Source: Chrysomallon squamiferum
Taxonomy: Eukaryota; Animalia; Mollusca
Direction: 5' to 3'
Assembly (NCBI GenBank): GCA_012295275.1
Contig: CM022672.1
Span: 16,926,001-16,990,000, forward strand
Length of the DNA stretch: 64,000 bases
Made by a program: the position numbers and the translations under genes. The notes below the pieces were generated by a model. It ran no database searches and was not told where the DNA came from. It saw only the letters and a list, made by a program, of their open reading frames with translations. Below are positions 32,450-41,943 of the stretch, piece after piece (the first letter of the stretch is position 1; each line of letters begins with the position of its first letter).

Positions 32450-33089
32450 TTTTATTTTTATAATTCCCTAAATTCATATATTTAACTCTGCAAACGCCAA
32501 CAAGATGATATTAAGATATAATTCTGCCAAACGTAAATATGATTTTCTATTCTATAGATAAGGTCAGTTAAACATTAAATTAATGATTAATTTTTTAAAT
32601 GACAACCAAAATTTCTTTAAGTATGGGATATTTCTAAATTATACCGTTTTAGTTTGTAAATATTTGTAATATTACATTTACGACAGCATAAGAAAAATCG
32701 TTATTTAGAACTGTCACTTAGAATGTGTGTGTGTGTTGCGCGCCTGTATATAACAAACTTTATTTTTTATGATTTTATTAAATATTTTTGGAAAATAATC
32801 AGTATGACAAATGTATGGTATTCATTAAAGTGTTCCACATCGACAACCACACACTCAGAATCCTTATCACATTTGACATTTTTATCTTTTCATTCATAAA
32901 CTTAAAACTAACATTGTGTTACCCTTAGGGTTAGGCTGATAAAAATGAAAACACGTGGATGGCTTTTTTTAATCTCTTTATATTCCAGTTGACACCCACC
33001 TGATACGAAATCGACCCATGGCCAAGTTTTTTTGATTTTGTCGAACACATCAGTTTTAATATAACATTAGTAACAAAAGTTAGTCGCAT
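23696..33089 (-). CDS. FPGS: Folylpolyglutamate synthase, 13 exons, about 625 aa
   Basis: Phase-consistent GT-AG exons: 33000-33089, 32044-32175, 31387-31505, 30531-30645, 29633-29878, 29088-29165, 28542-28686, 28021-28113, 26513-26610, 26149-26201, 25592-25667, 25224-25293, 23696-24258 (1878 nt). Motifs: YQ|[14 protein letters not shown]-loop [44 protein letters not shown]...[35 protein letters not shown]. Confidence 0.95.
26203..26322. repeat. 60-bp tandem duplication abutting the FPGS exon 10 acceptor
   Basis: TGTAAAATAAAAACTGTTATTACATCAGGGCC.TTTCACAAACAG.TTTGATATTAATG twice, at 26203 and 26263, with 2-3 mismatches. Confidence 0.9.
26712..27970. repeat. Complex C/A-rich minisatellite in FPGS intron 8
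   Basis: Shuffled modules CACACCTACCCACTGCCACAGC, CACACCTACAACCTA, CACCCAGTTA and CACTCACA. It ends in about 4 near-perfect 50-bp units (about 27716-27915). Confidence 0.95.
30717..31010. mobile_element. Non-autonomous hAT (Charlie-like) MITE in FPGS intron 3
   Basis: Imperfect TIRs CAAGGGTCAGCATCC and GAGTTGCCAACCCCTG (reverse complement CAGGGGTTGGCAACTC), flanked by a perfect 8-bp TSD ATATAAAA (30709-30716 and 31011-31018). Confidence 0.85.
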
Positions 33090-33104
33090 TTCCAAGACGA
33101 TTTT

Positions 33105-33176
33105 TCAGCTTCTACACATCGTGCGACGTTGTCGTGCCAAAACAAAGTGGAAGTTCGGAGGTTTCGCGCTTTTATA
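33105..33176 (-). promoter_or_regulatory. FPGS core promoter / 5' leader (TATA, E2F, ETS sites, uORF)
   Basis: TATAAAA on the minus strand at 33170-33176. E2F consensus TTTCGCGC at 33162-33169. GGAAGT at 33149-33154. Four-codon uORF ATG TGT AGA AGC TGA at 33119-33105. Confidence 0.5.
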
Positions 33177-33729
33177 AACACAATTTTTAAGTAAACTAGG
33201 CAAAATAATTTCGTATTTGAGTAAATTTCTATTTAACAGAGTCACATTCTTACAATATAAAACTAGATGGATCTAAAGCAAATCCAAATATTGATTCTAA
33301 TTATATTATCACTGGTTATTTTAATCAGTCAAAATACAGTATCTAAAATTGGGGCTCACTTTAGGACATTTTAATGTCCGGGAGGGTTAGCAGGAAAGTC
33401 GATTATGTGTATAAATGCTATTTTCATAATAATACGTTCGAAAGAGTTGATTAGTAAATTAGTGTAATATTTATAAGATAGTCTCGACAACATAAACAGA
33501 AGAAAGGATATTTGATGACATTTTTAGTGGTAAACTGAAAACATCAGTGCGTCGACCCGTATTAAAGTCGCTCGACATTTGATTTGTAAGTGAATAATTT
33601 ATTAACTGCATGGTGATAGCTCACGCAGTGTTACTTGTGCAGTAAATTAATTTCAAAACTGAACAGATAAAATAACATAAAATTAAATAATCAAATGAAA
33701 TTAATAAAACTGAAGTAATAATAATACAA

Positions 33730-33731
<2 letters not shown>

Positions 33732-33790
<59 letters not shown>

Positions 33791-33807
33791 GTCAATCAAT
33801 CAATCAA
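33732..33807. repeat. (TCAA)n tetranucleotide microsatellite in the FPGS-MKK7 intergenic region
   Basis: About 19 TCAA units with one interruption. Confidence 0.95.
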
Positions 33808-34061
33808 TAAAAAATAAATAAATACAAAAACATAAATCAGTGGTTGTTTTTAGTTATTATATCAGACTAAAGATTAATTGGACGAGAATTTGATTTTGTT
33901 AATGAAAAGGTCATAATAAACCCTTTCTTTTGTATATATTTTGTGTTCATAGATAAGAATAATTAAAAAAATGAATGCTTTATATGTAATTAAACAGTCA
34001 CATCATAATTATTACAGCTTTTATTCTTTATAATAAAAATTAAAATAAAACACAATATCTA

Positions 34062-34099
<38 letters not shown>

Positions 34100-34584
34100 G
34101 AAAGAAAAAGAAAAAGAAGAAGAAGAAGAAGAAGGAAAAGAAGAAGAGCATAAAAATAACTATATACGAAGTGATTATTGAAATGAACCGTAAATAATAA
34201 TAAATAAATAAATAAAGTATATTTTCATTTAATTTATATTGATATTCAAATTTGGACTGGCATTTCTTTCAAAATTTAATCCTTCTATAATTTACAACAA
34301 CTTCATTAAAGATTGTTCAAATGAATTCCTCACGACTTGTTTGCAAAACGCATGGTATGTGCTTTCGTGTGTTTATAAAATATAACCCTAGGTATCAGTA
34401 TCTTTCATATCGAGATTATAACCATCAATATAAAAATATGTTGATTAAATTATTGTGAATCAAATATTTTTGCTATTGTTAATTCACACCGAACTCAGAA
34501 CTTGTAAATAGCAAATCCTTTTTTGTGCCTCATATTTATTTTCCATGGGTGCGAAACAACGGCTGCTTTTTCCAAACGAGATGT

Positions 34585-34602
34585 GCTTCCGTATCACGTG
34601 AT
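34585..34602 (+). promoter_or_regulatory. ETS-like core plus palindromic E-box just upstream of the MKK7 ATG
   Basis: CTTCCG followed by ATCACGTGAT (34593-34602), 12 nt before the ATG at 34615, in a locally CpG-richer patch. Confidence 0.35.
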
Positions 34603-34614
34603 TATCAATCCAAT

Positions 34615-36195
34615 ATGTCGTCAAAGAAATCGTTTACGAGAAAATTAAACGAGTTAGAAAGGAAATTAACACAAGAAAATAGATCACATGAAAATGACAG
34701 AAGGACGCGGAGTCTCTTACCAGGATCGCCAGGTCCAAGACGTCCCAGTAAGATGAAAATTCTGTCACAACACTTACTAAAGATTAATGATATCGACAAA
34801 CATTCTCAGATTCTGCATAGCAAATTGAATTTATGGAAACATTGTTTAATATTGTTGTTTCTCATATCATTTCTTTTATTTATTTATTGATATTTTCATT
34901 TTTACAGTATCTAATATTCGCCATAAAACATTTTGTTGGATTTAACTTTAAGTGAAAAATCTTGTGATGACAATTCCTTTTAATTTTTTGCTTGGTTTAA
35001 AAATTAGAATATATTCCTTATGCAAGCATTATATATATCTAACAGATCATATGATAGACAAATGTTAATACTTTTAGACGGTTGATTTTATTAAAGATAA
35101 AATAAAATGTCTTCAAAACTGTAGCAACTGATAATTGTGAACTACTGTCTAGTATAAACTATAATAATAATACAATAATTTTATTATATATTTATAATAA
35201 TGACTTAAGCAAAAATAACACTCAAAACTCAGGTTTTAAATCATATGTACATGACAGAGATAACTAAGAAAAATAAAAACTTAACAGCCTGTAAAAAATA
35301 AGAAAAACTTTTTTTATTGTATGAAGCCATTGATGGGAAATTAAATTCACCATAAATATACTGCTACCACCATGAATCCAGATAAACCTAGAACCAAATA
35401 TTTTCATTGCAAAAATCTTTTAGAATTTTTCTATATTTAATTATTGTTTTGTTTTACAAATGTTAACTGGTTATCTACCTGGCTATTCAATATGTAATTG
35501 AAACTTGCAAAAATTATTAATTTTGCACTGATCTGGTATGTGTCATGCATCATCAATATCATTTGTTCAGTCACATTGAAAACACTGAATTTTTATTATA
35601 AATGATGTAACAAATTGTACTTGAAACTGCATCTTGGTAGAATCCTGATTGTTTTTCATTTATTGTTGAAGATACACACCCCACACCCTCTTTTGAAGTA
35701 TTGTGTTTAGGAAAATATTTGCATAGATACTAAAAAAAATTTTGCATGAAGTGCATTCAGTTTATTGTTATTGTTTTACTGTTTTTATTTATTTACCTAA
35801 TAAACAGGTACTTACAAAACTTCAGTATTCAGCATGTAAAACTTAGTTGACTATTGTTCAGTGTAACAATTTCAGTTTAAAATATTATCTATCATTCTGT
35901 GCTAGTGATTTTCACACTTTTTTTTTTTTTAATTAATTTCATTTGTCACGTCTGTACTTCTGATTTATTAATTAACTTTATTTGTTTTTGAAATATATTT
36001 TTTTAAACTTAGATACCGCATGAAATAGATTTTTATTTTGTTTGTTATTTTCTTACCTGCTAGCAAATGGCACAATTGAAGGAAATGCTTACAGTAACAA
36101 TCATCACTTTCTGGAAACACCTCCAGACATGATGCATGACACTTCCAGACTCCGCGTGGGAAGACCAAACAGTAGGATGGCTTTTAGTATCTTTT

Positions 36196-36233
<38 letters not shown>

Positions 36234-39200
36234 CATCAACATTATAATATAAATATAAAACATAAGTTTAGAATTCATTTATAAATAAAGTAAGAATGGT
36301 TATAATTGTGACAATTTCAGTGTTACTACTTTCGTACTGTTCCTAATAAATTTTATCTTTATCAGTTCAGTATTTCAGGTATTATATCGAAAGAAGAAAA
36401 CTTTTGAATATCTTTTATTATTATAATTTAACAAATTGAATCTTTTTTGTGTGTGTGTAATACAACAATAATTTAAATAATATAAAAAATTCTACGAAAC
36501 ATGAGATTTGAATAATTTGAGGTGTTTAATTAGACTGTTTATAAAACACCCATATTCTGATTTTTCAAATAAATCACAGTTTTATGTGATGATTGACATT
36601 GTGTCTGTGTTAATTTTCTGCTTATTTCGTAATATTAATTTGGTTACAGCATTTTGTTTGCTTGTGTACATTTTTAACTTGCATAGGGCATGTGTCATTT
36701 TAAAGCTGATACAAACTGCAGTTATGTTTCTTCACATAATTAAATATTAGTCAACTTTTAAATATTTACAGTACAAAAACATATACAGCTCAAGAACTTA
36801 GCTTAGAAACATCTTTTCATTATTACTTAACAACAATATGGTTATATGGCACTGTCCAGATTTAAAAAAACAACAACCAAAAACACAACACTACCAAAAA
36901 AAACCAAACAAAAACAAATTGAATGCTATATAAATGTAACTCAGTCTGTAATGACTTTTTTCAGTGTTGGGAAATCACAGTGATGGAGGCACCGCTTCCC
37001 GTTCTAGCTCTGCTCCGTCGTCTGTGCGGCGACGACCTGAAATGCAGCTTGATTGTCACAGGCTGGCACCAGACAGGTAAATACACAGTGGCTCACCACT
37101 CACTCTTAACTATTAACATTACAGAGCAAAAGCCAGAAAGGTGAGTAGCTCACCTTAGTGAACTATCCTGTTTCTGTCACAACAGTAAGTATTTACAGTG
37201 TTCCGCAGAGAGTTAACAACATTGGCTCAGCTTAATCATTTTAACATACGATTTTTATTCTGTATTTGAATTTTTATTTAAGGGGACATGCTGGTCGAAA
37301 AATGACTAAATTTGAATGAGAAATTGTTAGTTTATGAGATTTTGACATGAATTACAAAAATTATTCAGCTTTCTATTCAAACAAGTTAAAAAGTACAAAT
37401 AAATTTTATTATATCCAAAAAAAAAAAAAAAAGCATTTTGTGAGGTACCTGTCATTGAAATTTACACATTTTAGTCAACTACTGCATTTATTTCCGTGTT
37501 TTATTTTCGATGTGTTTCTTGAAACCTCCATGAAATTCAACTTTCTGCATACCGTTGGACAGTCCCATTTTCGCTGAGCATTATGGGAACAATGTTCTAA
37601 AAATAGACACAAAATCCATCGAGATATTCCTTCATTTAGTGCACTGCCCTCTGAAAATATGAGAGCATCACCCATGGATTGGTCATATGCATTAAAACTA
37701 TTTGTGCTAGAGATCCCAAATTTGGAATATATATTTTTAGAAACAAACACTAGAAAGGGACAAGAAGAAAATCTTGAAAAAAATTATCCATTCTTTTCAT
37801 ATAACCTTCATAATGGATCATTGTACGAAAAAATACGAGTGAAAAACGTAATAATCATTTCAAAAAATATTTCTATTGAACCATGTGAAAAAAGGCTAAT
37901 TTCTTCTTGTTACTTTCTAGAAATACGTGCCTTTGATGAACCCCCAACAGATTGAATGATATTTATATATAAATAAATGTATATATTGGTATATGGGTAC
38001 TAAAATGTGAAAAAAAAAGCCAAAAATAAAATTACCATTTGTCATAAAAAAAATAAGCTGGTACTAGTGTTTCAAAGTGACAAATGGGGGATTATTTGCA
38101 ACAAGTTTTAGTTCTGAAACATAAAAAATAACGGTTTTGGTTTTTTTTGCCTAGCTTGTCCCCCTTAATCTTATTGCACATCTTTTGACTCTTATTATTT
38201 ATGAATTTAGTTAATTATGTCTAACTGCATATTATCAAGGAATACCTATTGAGTTTTGACTGTTTTCATTCAGGAGAAGAACAGGTATGCAACTCGACTG
38301 CCAAGTGAGGTCACGCCCACCAGACAGTGGTGAAATAGATCAAAAGTACGAAGAAATAATGAAACAGTCAGGAATTCTGACAATAAACAAACAGGTAATT
38401 ATGAATGACAGTGAAAGTTCTGATACTGATATTGTGATGCAGCCAGTGATAATAAATAATCGTAACAGTAAAACAGCAATTCTGATAACAAACACACAGG
38501 AATTTGTTTCACAGTGAAGCAGGTAATTATAGTTATAATGAAAGGTACAGGATTTCTGATGATAAGCAAACAGGTAACTATCATAATGGGTGAAAGAAGT
38601 CTAGGTGTTAGAAACCCAGCACAAATGTTAAATATTAACAATGTTGTAAGAATAAGATGCAGAAGTAAATTTACTTTAAATTCACAATGTGGAATAATGT
38701 ACAGAATTAAATTTAGTTTAAATTCAGTGCCTCTACTAACACTGATGGTCATCAAAATGGGCTTTTTTGCTGTTATTGTCAATGCACAAAAAAATAAAAA
38801 TAAAAATAAAAAACCATTGTATGAATGCTCATAAGGACAACAGATTGGTGCCCTTGAGGAGACATTTTTTCAGACACTTTGCTAATTCACATTGGGGTCT
38901 TAATTTTGATACATTCCAGAATATTTGTATTTTTCCCAACATTTTGTTTTGATTATCTGTATCATTATGCTGATCATTTAGTATTAATAATTAACGCCTG
39001 TCTTTGTAGAAAATCCACACTGAAATCAGTGACTTGGAGTCTCTTGGTGAACTGGGTCATGGAACCTGCGGGCAGGTGATCAAAATGAGACACAAAGGAA
39101 CTGGATATCTCATGGCAGTAAAGGTTTGTATGGAAAAAAAACCCTCTAACTCCACTTTTACCTAAAACCAGTACAACAATCTGTGCAAATTCTTTATTTT

Positions 39201-40731
39201 AAGTTATGCTAATTTCAGAAATGTTTTAATCTAAACTGCATTATTTGTCAATTGGATGCCACCACTCCTGACCTCACCAAACAAGAAAAAAAACAAATTA
39301 TGGTATCACCAGGAACATATGTTACATGTGGTCCTGATATGATAGTTTCCCTACAATTGCCAGATTTGTGGCACTCAGCATTGTCATTAAAAATAAATTG
39401 CTGTGCTACTGTTATTTACGTTTCAGTATATCTAATGCTTTTATTTTAGGGTCATAACTATTTTCAGGCAGTTTAGTGAAACGGCACTTTCATCTATAAT
39501 ACTCAAATGGTAAAACTATTTTAGATGAACAGCTGAGAAGAGGCTTATAATAATTATGTGTTTCAGCAAATCTAATGCAACTATTTTAATTTTCACTTTA
39601 GACAATTTCATTGTGAATCTTTAAGAATGAAAGAAAAGAATAATATCAATGTTTGATTTTTAAAAAACAATTCTCCTAAAATGTAAATGAATGATAATGC
39701 ATTCTGATGTTTTATTTACAGCAAATGCGGCGATCAGGAAATCAGGAAGAAAACAAAAGAATAATAATGGATCTTGATGTAGTTCTCAAGAGTCATGACT
39801 GCCCTTATATAGTTCAGTGTATAGGAACTTTTATCACCTCTGTGAGCTACAAATTTGATTTTCTTCTTCTCATTTCTCTGTTGTTAATTAATTTTCAGAA
39901 AAAGAGTAAATTGAATCCAGTCTCATTCAGTTTGGCATAAAAGGCTATAGGTAGCAAAAATTAGGATTTCAGATTTTTCGTTGACCTGAAATTTTTTGTG
40001 TTAAATGTAATAGAACTGAAGCCATTTGAAGCAGACATTTTTGTGAAAGATTCCTTTTTACAGCTGCACTTTGGATCGTGTCAGAAATCTAATGGATTGT
40101 TTATATTATAATTTTAAAACAAGTTTGGATTTCTTAAATTAACATTATACTTTTTCTATGTCTGTAATTGTATTTTGACTCTTAGATATTAAGCATTTTA
40201 AGCATTCTTAAATTGTCACTATAAAATCAAAAGCTTAAACACACATTACACACTTCCATTTGATTGGTCATCAGGTTTGCTAATAATAAAATATGAGAAA
40301 GAAAAACTGCAGCCTTTATGTAAGTCATTGTGTTGGTCATTTTGTACACTTTATTACTAACAAAGTTTGCTGTTCCATTACTAAAAACAAACAACAAAAA
40401 AACAACCAATGAAATTGTTTGAATCACCATTTCTATATTATTATCATTTTTTTTCTACAAATTCATACAATCTGTTGCTGCAGAGTGAAGTTTGGATCTG
40501 CATGGAGCTTATGTCAACATGTCTGGACAAACTTCTCAAGAGAACACACAAACCTATTCCAGAACGAATCTTAGGCAAAATGGCAGTAGCGGTGAATATT
40601 TTCTCTGTTTTCACAAACACATGCAGAAATATTTTAATGTAATTTTGAATGGGATTCCAAGAAATTTATTCATACATGTAAGAAGGTATCAAAAGTTTAT
40701 CTTGCAGCAGTTTAAAAGCTAACTGTATTTG

Positions 40732-40762
<31 letters not shown>

Positions 40763-41912
40763 CTCTCTCTCAATCTAATAAAAAAGAGTGAATAAAAGGG
40801 ATTTTTTTTATTATATATATATATATATTCAATCTTGTTTTATTATTATTATTATTTTTTCACTGTTTATTTATTTATTTAAAATATCATGTAAAGAGTT
40901 ATAACATACTTCACTCACCTATCTGCCAGCTTGATTAAAGAAATACTGTTAGGTATTTAATTAATAATTCATATTATTTTATAATTAATCGGCTTACTTC
41001 AATTTCCAGATTGTTAGAGCTCTTCATTATCTGAAAGAAAATCATGGTGTCATTCATAGAGGTTTGTACCTGTATAATTTTGTTTGTTTGTTAATATACA
41101 TGTGCTATGACAGAATCATTCTTTATTAATCCAGATGCTATACCTAGTTCTTAATTTTAGGTGAAAACAATTTTATGATGTTGGAGCTTGCACAAAGAGT
41201 TATATTTAAACAAAAACAGTATTAGCTAAGTTATGAATTACTTACATTGTTGTTGAATTATTTGCACATTTTCATTAATTGAACATACTGTACTTTCCAA
41301 AGTAACAAAGACAAAGCAGTAGAAATTCAGTTACATGGCATGTTTGCAAACACTGTATAAAATTAATCAGCATATTAATAATACTGTTAAAACAAATGGC
41401 GATAACATATTTTATGATGTTTGGGATAGTCAAATTTTTTAAATTAAATTATTTTTAAACTTCATTGTGTATTCATAAAAAATATATATTCTTTAAATAT
41501 GTTTTAAAAACCCCAGAACAAGATACTTTTTATATAGGATGATTATTTTTAATTCTTTATTTAAAATATCCTCAATCCTGTTTTGGGAAAAACAGTTTAA
41601 TTTGTTAACAGATATCCAAATAACTAATGTTATCTTGACCAGTTATATTTATGTGTTGTTATTATTATTATTATTACAGATATCAAACCATCTAATATTC
41701 TTCTCGATGAGAAGGGTACTGTGAAGCTGTGTGACTTTGGCATCAGTGGACGCCTTGTTGACTCAAAAGCCAAAACGCGAACAGCTGGCTGTGCTGCTTA
41801 TATGGCAGTAAGTTTATCAACTTTAAACATTTGTGTTTATGATGAAAATTTCTTCTTAAATGTTATGTACATTTAAATACTGAAATTTGTTATAATTAGT
41901 GGTGGATTCTAA

Positions 41913-41943
<31 letters not shown>

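Noticed and set aside
32919-32935. Telomere-like ACCCTTAGGGTTAGG palindrome
   Set aside because: Only 1-2 units, as expected by chance.
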